The notes: generated by a model from the sequence alone, not told the origin. A DNA stretch of 64,000 bases from Mustelus asterias (GCF_964213995.1 NC_135808.1:41540001-41604000); one strand, 5' to 3'; shown: positions 11,960 through 25,402, counted from the first letter of the stretch. Program-made: numbers and translations.

Positions 11960-12241
11960 ATGAGGCAGAGAGGGGGGATGTTGTGGGAGGGGGAAAGTGA
12001 GGTAGAGAGGGGGGAGGTTGTGGGAGGGGGAAAGTGAGGTAGAGAGGGGGGAGGTTGTGGGAGGGGGAAAGTGAGGTAGAGAGGGGGGAGGTTGTGGGAG
12101 GGGGAAAGTGAGGTAGAGAGCGGGGAGGTTGTGGGAGGGGGAAAGTGAGGTAGAGAGCGGGGAGGTTGTGGGAGGGGGAAAGTGAGGTAGAGAGGGGGGA
12201 GGTTGTGGGAGGGGGAAAGTGAGGTAGAGAGGGGGGAGGTT
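11960..12241. repeat. 37-bp purine/G-rich minisatellite, ~7 copies
   Basis: Unit GAGGGGGAAAGTGAGGTAGAGAGGGGGGAGGTTGTGG. Confidence 0.95.
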
Positions 12242-13059
12242 GATGGAAGTTATTCAAGATCTTGAGGTTCAACCAGTTGAAGACGCAGACAGCAATAGTG
12301 GGGAAATCAAATCAGGATGTTCAAGAGGCCAGAATTAAAGGAGTTCAGAGATCTCAGAGGGTTGTGTGGCTGGAGGAAGTTACAGGGATAGGGAGGGGTG
12401 AGGCCATGGAGGGATTTGAAAACAAGATGAGAATTTTAAAATGGGGCTGTAGCATGACTGGGAGCCAATCAATGAGCACAGGAAGTGATAGGGGAACGAG
12501 ATTTGCCACGAGTTAAAATGTCGGTAGCAGAGTTTTAGATCATCTCAAGTTTCCAGAGGGTAGAGTGTAGGAGATCAGCAAGGAGAGTGTTGAACTGTCA
12601 AGTCTAACGGTGGGGAAGGTATGAGCGAGGGTTTCAGCAGAAGAAAAGCTGAGATCAGCTGACGTTACAGAGGTGGAGCTCAGCAGTCTGAGTGATGGAA
12701 CAAATATGTGATCAGAATCTCATCTCCGGGGCAAATATGACACCAAGGATCCAATTCTCGGAAATACAGAGAGGATCCCGGCGGGAGGAGTGTATGATGA
12801 AATGTTGTGGCTGTTAAGTTGGTAACACTGGTAGAAGGATGAGAATCCAAAAGTGATGAATAGTGGGAACTGGACAGGTAATGTTAAAAAGACAAGATGG
12901 AAGGCTTTGTAGAGCTTACACGGCAGTTCAGCAGTTAGTTTGCTGAATTCTGCAGTGCCTGTTTCCGTGCTGGGTAAACTCAGGATGTCTGTCAGCATCT
13001 GCGGAGAGAGCAATGCAGTTAACATTTCGAGCCCATTGACCCTTCTACAGGACAGTATC

Positions 13060-14913
13060 CATAAAAGCCAGGCAGTGCCTCAATGGCTATTGTCCGATGG
13101 CTCTAACATCCATCATTATGAAGTGCTTCGAAAGGTTAGTCATGGCACAAATCAATTCCAGCCTCCCGGACTGCCTGGATCCACGACAGTTCACTTATCG
13201 CTGCAACAGGTCCACAGCGGACACTATCTCTCTGACCCTACACTCAACCCTGGAACACCCAGATAACAAAGCCACCTATGTCAGACTCCTGTCCATAGAC
13301 TACAGCTCAGCCTTTAACACCATTATTCCTATGAGACTCAACTCCAAACTTCGTGGCCTGGGGCTCAGCTCCTCCCTCTGCGACTGGATCCTAGACTTCC
13401 TCCCCCACAGACCACAATCAGTAAGGATAGGCAACAACACCTCCTCCTCGATCATCCTCAACACCGGTGCCCACAAGGCTGTGTCTTCAGCCCTTTACAT
13501 GTATGACCGTGCGGCCAAATTCCCCTTCCACTCAATTTGCAAGTTTGCTGACGGCACCACTATAGTGGGTAGGACCTCAAAAATGACGAGACAGAGTACA
13601 GGAATGAGATAGAGAATCTGGTGAACTGGTGCGGCAACAATAATCTCTCCCTCAATGTCAACAAAATGAAGGAGAACGTCATCAATCTTCAGGAAGCGTA
13701 GAGGAGAACATGTCCCTGTCTACATCAACGGGGATGAAGTAGAAATGGTTGAGAGTTTCAAGTTTTTAAGTGACCAGATCACCAACAACCTGTCCTGGTC
13801 CCTCCATGCAGACGCTATAGTTAAGAAAGCCCACTAACGCCTCTGCTTTCTCAGGAGACTAAGGAAATTTGCCATGTCCACTACAACTCTCACCAACTTT
13901 TACAGATGCACCATAGAAAGCATTATTTCTGGTTGTATCACAGCCTGCTCTGTCCAAGACCGCAAGAAACTACAAAGAACCATAGAACCCCTACAGTGCA
14001 GAAAGAGGCCATTCGGCCCATCGAGTCTGCACCGACAACAATCCCACCCAGGCCCTATCCCCGTATCCCTACATATTTACCTGCTAATCCCTCTAACCCT
14101 CATATTTACCCGCTAATCCCTCTAACCTATGCATCCCGAGACACTAAGGGGCAATTTAGCTTGGCCAATCAACCTAACCTACACATCTTTGGACTGTGGG
14201 AGGAAACTGGAGCACCCGGAGGAAACCCACGCAGACACGGGGAGAATGTGCAAACTCCGCACAGACAGTGCCCCGAGCCGGGAATCGAACCCAGGTCCCT
14301 GGAGCTGTGAAGCAGCAGTGCTAACCACTGTGCCACAAAGGTTTGTGAATAGATCATAGAACCCTACAGTGCAGAAAGAGACCATTCGGCCCATCGAGTC
14401 TGCACCGACCACAATCCCACCCCCATATCACTACATATTTTACCCGCTAATCCCTCTAACCTACTCATCTCAGGACACTAAGGGGCAATTTTAGCGCAGC
14501 CAATCAACCTAACCCGCACATCTTTGGACTGCGAAGCCCAGTCCATCACTTAAACCAGCCTCCCATCCATGGACCCTGTCTACACTTTCCGCGCCTCGGA
14601 AAAGTAGCCAGCATAATTAAGGACCCCACGCACCCTGGACATTTTCTCTTCCACCTTCTTCCATCGGGAAAAAGATACAAAAGTCAGGTCACATACCAAT
14701 CAACTCAAAAACAGCTTCTTCCCTGCTGCTGTCAGACTTTTGAATGGACCTACCTCGGATTAAATTAATCTTTCTCTACACCCTAGCTATGATTGTAACA
14801 CCACATTCTTCACTCTCTCCTTTCCTTCTCTATGTACAGTATGCTTTGTCTGTGTAATATGCAAGAAACATGTATACTAATACATGTGACATAATAAATC
14901 AAATCAAATCAAA
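13060..14913 (+). mobile_element. Rex1/Babar-type LINE 3' half with two nested SINEs
   Basis: [30 protein letters not shown] and KFAD motifs; 3' tail AATAAATCAAATCAAATCAAA. Confidence 0.85.
13976..14530 (-). mobile_element. Two HE1-type SINEs (one full, one partial) in the Rex1 element
   Basis: Reverse-complement matches to the 1564 copy. Confidence 0.88.
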
Positions 14914-15516
14914 CTATTTTGCTTTAAATAAACTTACTCCTTCTTCTGAGAGATAATTCAACAGGAGATGAGTTTTGGATGTCTGCTGAGATGTGACAAT
15001 CCGTCTCCATTGTCTCCACAACCACAGGAGATTAAAGTTCAGACTTTTGCATTTAATCTCTTCTTTTCAAGTGTCTCTGTCTGAAGTTGTGGTGTGCCAT
15101 TACCTTCCCTCTCCTGGGATCAACTGGTCAATTACAGGCCACATAGGAATTTTCCAGAAGGTGGTCACTTTACCATCTCAGCCATCATGTCTGGGAAGAG
15201 TGTCCTTGAAGTCAGTTCTTGTTGAAAAAACAAAAAGTGAGATCACAGGAAAACCCTCGAGAGTGCAGTGAGAAACCTGAGTGTTAGTTTAGAGTTTGGA
15301 GCTCCTGAGGTGACGTCAGGATTTAAACGTGACGTGGGGCAAGTGGAAGCAGCTAATTGGATGAGTACAGTTGGCTAAATATTTACTACTTTTATTGTTT
15401 ATAGTTTGTAAGGCCTTTATTTTGTGGGTCTATAGATTGTAAGGGCTATATGCTGTAGTAACAGGGACCAGGAAGGGTCCTAGAGTTATTAATATTATTT
15501 AATTTTAAGTACCTTG

Positions 15517-18500
15517 TGTGGTGGACTTCAGTTGTGCCTTTGTCCTACATGGACCACCGTTGTGTGTTTGTTATGCCTGGACACATCCCCTGCCGGTTCG
15601 GGCCCTCCCCCCGTCACCTGGTATAAAGGTGGCTGTCTCCTCCCCCTTGTTCAGTCCAGGTTGGTTATCTGTTGGGATGTGCTCCTGATTCTGTTATGAA
15701 TAAAAGCCTACAGTTGTATTGGCACACAAGTAGTCTTTTGCCTAATTGATAGCGCATCAATTTTATTCATAACATTTGACCAACATGGAGCAGCTTCTAA
15801 AACCCGACAAGTTAACATTAGACCCTCAAGAGGTCGGAGTCTCTGATAAATTTGACCATTGGCTGGACTGCTTCGAAGCATTCATCGATGCCGCTACGGC
15901 CATCGACTCCGACGACGCTAAACTCCACGTGCTCCGCGCCCGGGTAAGCGAAGCAGTCTACGGTATCTTCCGGGACGCTGCTACATACGCGGACGCTATA
16001 GAACTCTTAAAAGGGCAGTTTCGAAAGAGCCCTAACGTGGTCTACACCAGACATCTCCTAACTACCCGCAAGCAGCAGCCAGGAGAATCGTGCGCCCAAT
16101 TTCTGCGCGCCCTGCGGGTCCTAGCTCGAGCTTGTGACTGTAAGGCTGTTACAGCAGCTCAGAACATGGAGGACCTGATCCGTGACGCCTACGTTGCGGG
16201 CATTGAGTCTACTTACATTCGGCAGCGTCTGCTTGAACAAGATGGCCTGGATCTCCGGAAAACGGGCACGATGGATGAAACGCTAGAAGCGGCCTCTCAC
16301 AACCTCGGGTCCTACCCCGCATCCCGTTCCATCGACGGTTCCACTGCGACGGCTGTTCCAGCGGGGCCCAAATGTTACTTTTGTGGCCTATCCAAGCACC
16401 CTCGGCATCGCTGCCCGGCGAAGGATGCGACCTGCTCCGGATGCGGTAAGCTAGGCCACTTCGTTAAAGTCTGCCGGGCGAAGCTGATCCCGAAGTCTCG
16501 TGGCGCCACGTGTGTTCCGTGGGCGCAGCCATCTTTAATGCAGGCGGCAGCTGCGCGCGAATCGCCATCTTTAATGCGGTCACCGGAAGTGCGGGAGTCG
16601 CCATCTTTGATGCGGTCACCGGATGCGCGGGAATCGCCATCTTTGATGCGGTCACCAGATGCGCGGGAATCGCCATCTTTGACGCTGTCATCAAGACGCG
16701 CCGAGCAGGAAGCTTTATCCGTGACGTCATCAGACACGGACGAAGATGGATTCTTCCTGGATTCGATGGTGGCATCGATTTGCCTGGACCAGTCGCAGCC
16801 TCACCAACTCTCCAAGTCAATAATGGAGATCAAGGTAAATGACCATGCAGAAAACTGCCTGTTTGACTGCGGGAGCACAGAAAGTTTTATACACCCTCGC
16901 ACAGTGCGTCAATATGCCCTTCCCGTGCGACCCTGGAGCCAGACTATCTCCATGGCCTCGAATTCCCACTCGGTGGAGGTCCTCGGGTGCTGTTTGGTGA
17001 CGCTGACGGTACAGGGCACAGTCTACGAGCGTTTTCGGCTCCTCGTGCTGCCGCGACTCTGCGCAGCTGTACTGCTGGGGTTAGATTTCCTCAGCCATCA
17101 CAGGAGCGTCACCCAGCAGTATGATGGCCCTTATCCCCCGCTCTCCGTCTGCAAGGCGCCGTCACTGCAGCGCCCCCCGCGCACCACCTGCAGTCTCTCG
17201 ACCCTCAAGATTACTCCCCCCACTTTATTCGATAATTTCACCCCGGATTGCAGGCCTATAGCCACCAAAAGTAGGCGCTATAGTGCGGAAGACCAGGCCT
17301 TCATTCGGTCCGAAGTACAACGTTTGCTCAAGGAAGGGATTATCCAGGCCAGCACCAGCCCCTGGAGGGAGCAGGTGGTCGTAGTTAAATCGGGGGAGAA
17401 ACCCCGCATGGTGATTGACTACAGCCAGACCATAAACAGGTATACGCAACTAGATGCGTACCCTCTTCCCCGCATTGCGGACATAGTCAACCGCATCGCG
17501 CACTACAGCGTTTTCTCTACAATTGATTTTAAATCGGCTTACCACCAGCTCCCTATCCGCTCGGAGGATCGCCCATATACTGCCTTTGAGGCAGACGGTC
17601 GCCTCTACCAGTTCCTCCGAGTCCCCTTTGGTGTCACCAATGGGGTCTCAGTCTTCCAGCGGGCCATGGATCAAATGGTGGACCAGCACGGGTTACGGGC
17701 CACTTTCCCGTATCTGGATAACGTCACCATCTGCGGCCATGACCTGCAGGACCATGATGCCAACCTACAAAAATTCCTTCGTACGGCCACTCTCCTGAAC
17801 CTCACATATAATGAGGCGAAGTGTGTTTTTCGGACACGCCGCCTCACCATCCTTGGGTACGTGATAGAAAATGGTGTCCTTGGCCCCGACCCAGCCCGTA
17901 TGCATCCCCTTATGCAGCTTCCCCTCCCTACTACCCTCAAAGCACTGAGGAGATGCCTGGGCTTCTTCTCCTACTATGCCCAGTGGGTTCCCCGTTACGC
18001 GGATAAAGCCCGTCCGCTCCTAAAATCGACCTCTTTTCCCCTGGCGGAGGAGGCCCGTCGGGCCTTCGACGACATCAAAGCGGACATCGCGAAGGCCGCG
18101 ATGCACGCTGTGGACGAATCCATCCCATTCCAAGTGGAAAGTGATGCATCTGACTTTGCCCTAGCCGCCACCCTTAACCAGAGGGGCCGTCTGGTGGCCT
18201 TCTTTTCCCGGACCCTACAAGGCCCTGAGATTCGACACTCCTCGGTCGAGAAGGAGGCCCAGGCCATCATGGAAGCCGTCCGGCACTGGCGCCATTATCT
18301 TGCGGGCCAACGGTTCACCTTAATTACGGACCAGCGGTCAGTTGCCTTCCTGTTTAACACCAGGCAAAAGGGCAAGATTAAGAATGACAAGATCTTGCGG
18401 TGGAGGATTGAGCTCTCCACCTACAGATATGACATCATGTACCGGCCTGGGAAGCTCAATGAGCCCCCAGATGCCCTGTCCCGTGGAACATGTGCCAGCG

Positions 18501-20073
18501 CCCAACTAGACCAGCTACAGTCCCTCCATAACGACCTCTGTCACCCGGGTGTCACCAGATTTTTCCACTTTGTCAAAGCCCGTAACCTGCCCTACTCCCT
18601 CGAGGAAGTCCGGACGATTACCAGGCAATGCAGGGTCTGCGCTGAGTGCAAACCGCAGTTCTACCGGCCAGGTAGGGCGCACCTTGTAAAGGCCACTCGA
18701 GCGTTTGAGCGCCTTAGCATTGATTTTAAAGGCCCCCTCCCCTCCTCTAACCGCAATGTTTATTTCCTGAATGTCATTGATGAATACTCGCGTTTCCCTT
18801 TTGCCTTCCCCTGCTCGGACATGACCACGGCTACAGTGATTCGGACCCTGAACGCGCTCTTCACCCTATTCGGCTTCCCATCCTATGTCCATAGCGGCCG
18901 TGGGTCCTCTTTCATGAGTGACGAGCTGAGGCAGTACCTGCTCGCCAAAGGCATTGCCTCCAGCCGCACCACTAGCTATAACCCCAGGGGTAATGGTCAA
19001 GTAGAGCGGGAGAACGCAACTGTCTGGAAGGCTGTTCTATTAGCGCTACGGTCTAGGGGCCTTCCAGTCAGCCGTTGGCAAGACATCCTCCCGGACGCAT
19101 TACATTCCATTAGGTCACTCTTGTGTACGGCGACCAATACGACCCCTCACGAGCGGATGTTCTCTTTTCCCAGAAAGTCCTCCTCGGGTACTTCGCTCCC
19201 AGATTCGCTGATGTCCCCGGGGCCCGTTCTGCTTCGGAAGCATGTCTGAACCCATAAGGCAGACCCCTTGGTCGAGGAGGTCCAATTGCTCCACGCTAAT
19301 CCCCAATATGCTTACGTAGCGTGCCCTGATGGGCGGGAGGGGGTCTCTGTCCGTGACTTGGCACCCGCGGGTGCCCCTGAGGCCACCACGTCCTTCCGCC
19401 CCACTGTCCCTGGTGTTGTCCACTCAGAGACCGCTACGTCCCTCTCCCCTTCAGTCCCTGTCTCCAATGTAGTGCGCCCAGAGCCCATTGCGGCCCCCCA
19501 CCCCCCAGCTCCGGTTCCCACTGTTCCCCATACACCACCAGGGCCACAGCACACTCCTCTCACCCCTATGTACAGCTCGCTTGAGTTGCCGGGGCCGTCG
19601 CCACGCAGTACCCGACGACTGGACGGGACGACGGATCGGTCCGCTTCACACCACCCAGCGCCTTCTCTCGACGCTCACTGTACGGAGCCTGGGCCGACAT
19701 CGCTCCCTGCTCGGACGACTCTGCGACCTGCACTACGACGATCGCGACGGCGGATCAAGACACCGGTTCGTCTGGACTTGTAATATTGTTTCCGCTTCAC
19801 CCTCGTGTTTTTTTTTAAAGGAGGGGTGAATGTGGTGGACCTCAGTTGTGCCTTTGTCCTACATGGACCACCATTGTGTGTTTGTTATGCCTGGACACAT
19901 CCCCTGCCGGGTCGGTCCCTCCCCTCGTCACCTGGTATAAAGGTGGCTGTCTCCTCCCCCTTGTTCAGTCCAGGTCGGTTATCTGTTGGGATCTGCTCCT
20001 GATTCTGTTATGAATAAAAGCCTACAGTTGTATTGGCACACAGGTAGTCTTTTGCCTAATTGATAGCGCATCA
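15517..20073 (+). mobile_element. Full-length Ty3/Gypsy LTR retrotransposon, family B
   Basis: 243-bp TG...CA LTRs at 15517-15759 and 19831-20073 (8 mismatches by eye); TSD CCTTG; PPT AAAGGAGGGGTGAA at 19817-19830; TATAAA at ~15623 and AATAAA at 15699. Confidence 0.97.
15785..19783 (+). CDS. gag-pol: Gypsy B single gag-pol polyprotein; premature TGA at 19247-19249 and integrase D-to-G change
   Basis: Continuous frame with CCHC knuckles, LFDCGS, YLDN, RNase H and HHCC-integrase. The frame continues past the TGA (Arg in family A) to 19783. HSGRG replaces HSDRG. Confidence 0.93.
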
Positions 20074-20079
20074 CCTTGC

Positions 20080-23000
20080 ATCAGGTTTAACTTAAAGAGG
20101 TAAGCCATGGCAGGAGAGCTCAAAGCCATGGTGTGCTCCTACTGCTCTATGTAGGAAGCTGGGAACATTTCGAGTGCTCAAGGTCAGAATTTGTGCAGGA
20201 GGTATCTCCAGCTGTGGCTCCTCAGAGCTGGAGCGGTGGCTGGGGACACTGTGGAGCATCTGTAAGGTGACGACTATCACGAATAACACATATAGAGAGG
20301 TGGTCATACCACAGGCTCAGTCTCCACAAAGCAGGAAGGAATGAGTGACCATCACGGAGAGCAAAAGGACCAGGCAGACAGTGCAGGAATCCCCTGTGAT
20401 CATTCCCTTGCAAAGCAGATATACTGCTTTGAATGGAATGGCCTCTTAGGGGAATGCAGCAACAGCCAAATTCATTGCATCGTGGTTGGCTCTGCTGCAC
20501 AGGGGAGGAGCAAAACGGGTAGACATGCAATAGTTATAGGGGATTCAATAAGGGGGATAGGTAGATGTTTCTGTGGCCACAAGCAGGGCTCTAGGATGGT
20601 ATGTTGCCTACCTGGTGGAAAATGATCTGGATGATAATGTGGTAAATTGGATCAGCAAGTTTGCTGATGATACAAAGATTGGAGGTGTAGTGGACAGTGA
20701 GGAAGGTTTTCAAAGCTTGCAGAGGGATTTGGACCAACTAGAAAAATGGGCTGAAAAATGGCAAATGGAATTTAACGCAGACAAGTGTGAGATATTGCAC
20801 TTTGGAAGGACAAACCAAAGTAGAACGTACTCGGTAAATGGTCGGACTCTGAAGAGTGCAGTTGAACAGAGGGATCTGGGAATACAGGTACAAAATTCCC
20901 TAAAAGTGACATCACAGGTGGATAGGGTTGTAAAGAGTGCCTTTGGTACATTGGCCTTTATAAATCGGAGTATCGTGTATAAAAGTTGGAGTGTTATGGT
21001 AAGGTTATATATGGCATTGGTGAGGCCGAATTTAGAGTATTGTGTACAGTTTTGGTCACCTAGTTACAGGAAGGATGTAAATAAGGTTGAAAGAGTGCAG
21101 AGAAGGTTCACAAGGATGTTGCCGGGACTTGAGAAGCTGAGTTACAGAGAGAGATTGAATCGGTTGGGACTTTATTCCCTGGAGCGTAGAAGAATGAGGG
21201 GAGATTTGATAGAGGTTTAAAATATTTTGATGGGTATAGATAGAGTGAATGCAAGCAGGCATTTTCCACTGAGGCTAGGGGAGAAAAAAACCAGAGGGCA
21301 TGGATTAAGGGTGAAAGGAGAAAAGTTTAAAGGGAATATTAGGGGGGGCTGCTTCACGCAGAGAGTGGTGGGAGTGTGGAATGAGCTGCCGGATAAAGTG
21401 GTAAAGTGGTCACTAGGTTTTAGGGGTCACTTTTAACATTTAAGAAAAACTTGGACGGGTTCATGGATGAGAGGGGTGTGGAGGGATATGGTCCAAGTGC
21501 AGGTCAGTGGGACTAGGCAAAAAATGGTTCGGCACAGACAAGAAGGGCCAAAGGGCCTGTTTCTGAGCTGTAATTTTCTATGGTTCTATGGTGCTTGGGT
21601 CAAAGATGTCTCAGAGCAGTTACAGGACATTCTGAAGGGGGAGGGGGGTAGTCAGTGGTCATGTGGACATTGGTACAAACACCATAGGTTAAAATAGGGG
21701 ATAAGGTCCTAAAAGCAGTATATCGGGAGGTAGGAAGCAAGCTGAAAAGTAGGATCTCAAAGGTAGTGATCTGAGGATTACTACCTGTGCCATGTGCGAG
21801 TCAGAGTAGAAATAATTGGATATATCGGGTGAATACATTGCTGAAGAGATGGTGTGAGAGGGAGGATTTCAGATTCCTGGGGCATTGGAACAAGTTTTGG
21901 CAGAGGTGAGACCTGTAGAAATTGGATGGGTTACACCTGGGCAGGACTGAAGGGAGTATTCGCTGGAGTGGTTGGTGAGTGGTTGGTGAGGGTTTAAACT
22001 AGACTGGCAGGGGGATGGGAACCGATTCAAGGATTCAGAGGAGGGGAAAATCAAGGACAAAAACAAAAGATGGAAAGGGGAATAAGAAAAGTGATGGGCA
22101 GAGAAATCAAGAGCCAGGAATAAACAGGGGCCACAGCGAAAAATAATGGGAACAGGACCAGTAATGTTAAAAATATGAGCCTGAAGGCTTTGTGTCTGAA
22201 CACACAGAGTATTCACAATAAATTGGATGAATTAATCATGCAAATAGATATAAATGTGTCTGATATAGTATGGATTATGGAGACATGGCTGCAGGGTGCC
22301 CAGGGATGGGAACTGAGCACCCCAAGGGTATTCAGTGTTTAGGAAGGACAGAGAAAAAGGAAAAGACAATGGAATGGCATTTCTGGTTAAAGAGAAAATT
22401 AACACCATTCTGAGGAATGATATTAACTCTGACAATGTGGAATCTATATGGGTAGAGCTAAGAAACATCAGGGCAAAAAACATTAATGGGGGTTGTATAT
22501 AGACCACCAAACTGTAGTGGTGATTTTGGTCATGGCATTAAACAGGTATTAGAGATACACGTGACAAAGGAATATCTGTAATTATGGGTGATTTTAACCT
22601 GCATATAGATTGGGCTAATCAAATTCTTCACAATATCATAGAGGAGGAATTCCTGGAGTGTATACAGGATGATATCCGAGATGATATTCTAAGATTCCAG
22701 GATGATATTCTAAACCAATACATTGAGGAACCAACTGGAGAGCAGGCAATTCTAGAATGGGTATTGTGTAATGAGAAAGGAATAATTGGCAATCTAGTTG
22801 TGCGAGAATCCTTGGGGCTGAACAACGATAATACGATAAAATTCTTAATCAAGATGGAGAGTGAAGAAATTGATTGTGAGACGAGGGTCCTGAATCTAAA
22901 TGAAGGAAACTGCAGTGGTGTGAGGCTCAAATGGATACGATAGATTGGGGAACTTTTCTTAAAGGGATGACGGTGGGTAGGCAATGGCAAACATTCAAAG

Positions 23001-23560
23001 AGTGCATGGGTGAACTTCTACGCTCCAATCTGGCAAAAAAGTAAAATGGGAATGTTAGCCAAATCATGGCTTGCAAGGGAAATTAGAGATAATATTAGAT
23101 CCAGGGAAGAGCCATTCAAAGTGGTCAGAAAAAAACAGCAGACCTGTGGATTGGGAGAAGTTTAGAATTCAGCAAAGGAGGACAAAGGGATTGATTGAAA
23201 ATGGGAAAATAGAGTATGGGAGTAAGCTTGCAGAAAATGACTAAAGGTTTCTACAAGTATGTGAGGACAAAAAGATTGGTGAAGACAAATGTAGGTCCCT
23301 TACAAGGGAATTTATTATGGGGGAACAAAGAAATGGCTGACTAACTTCATACATACTTTGGTTCTGTCTTCACAAAGGTGGAAACAAATAATGCATCAGA
23401 AATATTGGGGAACACGGGGTTTAGTGAGAGAGAGGAACTGAAGGATATCAGGATTAGTAGTGAAATGGTGTTGGAGTAACTGATGAGATTGATGGATCCC
23501 AAAGTACTTAAGGAAGTAACCCGAGAAATAATGGATGCATTGGTGATCATCTTCCAAGAT
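20080..23560 (+). mobile_element. Old CR1 LINE (ORF1 esterase and ORF2 endonuclease) with a younger CR1 3' fragment nested at ~20618-21590
   Basis: ORF1 AIVIGDSI...CCLPG resumes as AWVKDV after the nested copy; YRPP and MGDFN endonuclease motifs; nested copy has KFADDT. Gypsy B appears to sit in the 5' UTR of this element (~15260-15516). Confidence 0.8.
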
Positions 23561-23644
23561 TGGTGGCACAGTGGTCAGCACTGCTGCCACAGAACGCCAG
23601 GGATCCGGATTTATTTCCAGCCTTGGGTCATTGTCTATGTGGAC

Positions 23645-24428
23645 AAAGAACAAAGAGAACAAAGAACAGTACAGCACAGGAAACAGGCCCTTCGGCCCTC
23701 CAAGCCTGTGCCGCTCCTTGGTCCAACGAGACCAATCGTTTGTATCCCTCCATTCCCAGGCTGCTCATGTGACTATCCAGGTAAGTCTTAAACGATGTCA
23801 GCATGCCTGCCTCCACCACTCTACTTGGCAGCGCATTCCAGGCCCCCACCACCCTCTGTGTAAAAAACGTCCCTCTGATATCTGAGTTATACTTCGCCCC
23901 TCTCAGCTTGAGCCCGTGACCCCTCGTGATCGTCACCTCCGACCTGGGAAAAAGCTTCCCACTGTTCACCCTATCTATCCCCTTCATAATCTTATACACC
24001 TCTATTAGATCTCCCCTCATTCTCCGTCTTTCCAAGGAGAACAACCCCAGTCTACCCAATCTCTCCTCATAGCCAAGACCCTCCATACCAGGCAACATCC
24101 CGGTAAACCTTCTCTGCACTCTCTCTAACGCCTCCACGTCCTTCTGGTAGTGCGGCGACCAGAACTGGACGCAGTACTCCAAATGTGGCCTAACCAGCGT
24201 TCTATACAGCTGCATCATCAGACTCCAGCTTTTATACTCTATACCCCGTCCTATAAAGGCAAGCATACCATATGCCTTCTTCACCACCTTCTCCACCTGT
24301 GTTGCCACCTTCAAGGATTTGTGGACTTGCACACCTCGGTCCCTCTGTGTTTCTATACTCCTGATGACTCTGCCATTTATTGTATAACTCCTCCCTACAT
24401 TATTTCTTCCAAAATGCATCACTTCACA
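23645..24428 (-). mobile_element. CR1 3' fragment inserted into an HE1 SINE
   Basis: Open RT C-terminal frame and (TTCTTTG)n tail; SINE halves at ~23562-23642 and ~24430-24670. Confidence 0.88.
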
Positions 24429-25163
24429 GGGAGTTTCCACATTCTCCCTGTGTCTGTGTGGGTTTCCTGCAGGTGTTCCGGTTTCCTCCCAAACTCTAAA
24501 GATGTGCAGGTAAGGTGGATTGGCCATATTGAATTGAGCCTCAGTGTTGGGGGGATCAGTAGGGTAAATACATGGGTTTAAAGGGATAGGGCCAGGGTAA
24601 GATTGATGCCGGTGCAGGCTTTATGGGCTGAATGTCTTTCTTCTGCACTGTAGGAATTCTATGAGTCTATGATCTTAAAAAGTACGATATGTGTGGGAGT
24701 ACTTCACGGTCGGTACCCACTGTTGTGACACTATCTGCTATCCAAGCACTCAACGGGGCCACCCTGTGAGAGCCAGACATGGAGGGCATCTCATCAAAGA
24801 CAGGGATCTTGCATTGGATTTATCAGCCTTCTCAGAATCTATCAAAACAGAGTGGATACAAGTCATTGTCCATCCCAAGGGACTGTCTAAGTGGTAGACA
24901 TCCCCACCAGAATGTTCAGCCTGCGACTGAACCTAATGGATAACATATTCCAGTGTTCAAAGATTAAAAGATTCAAACAAAACACCCAAAAGATACGTTG
25001 AATACAAATTATAAGTTTGATTGAAACATTTACCATCCTGTAATCTCTTTCTAATGAACAGTATAATTACTAACACCAATAAAAACTCAATGTTTTCCAG
25101 ATCATCAGTATCTGGGTAAACTCTCTCTATGCAGGCTACCTTCTGCTTTAGATTCAAACACTG

Positions 25164-25402
25164 TGTGGTGGACTTCAGTTGCGCCTTTGTCCTGCCTGGA
25201 CTACCGTTGTTGTGTTTGTCATGCCTGGACACATCCCCTGCCGGCTCCTCCCCTTGTCACCTAGTATAAAGGTGGCTGTTCCCTCCCCCTTGTTCAGTTC
25301 GGGTCGGTTATCTGTTGGGATGTGCTCCTAGTTCTGTAATGAATAAAAGCCTACAGTTGTATTGGCACACAAGTAGTCTTTTGCCTAATTGATAGCGCAT
25401 CA
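25164..25402 (+). mobile_element. Solo LTR of Gypsy family B
   Basis: Near-identical to 15517-15759, TG...CA ends, TSD CACTG on both sides. Confidence 0.95.

Noticed and set aside
11742-12272. 176-aa proline-rich ORF
   Set aside because: Reverse-strand translation of the 37-bp minisatellite fused to a CR1 scrap.
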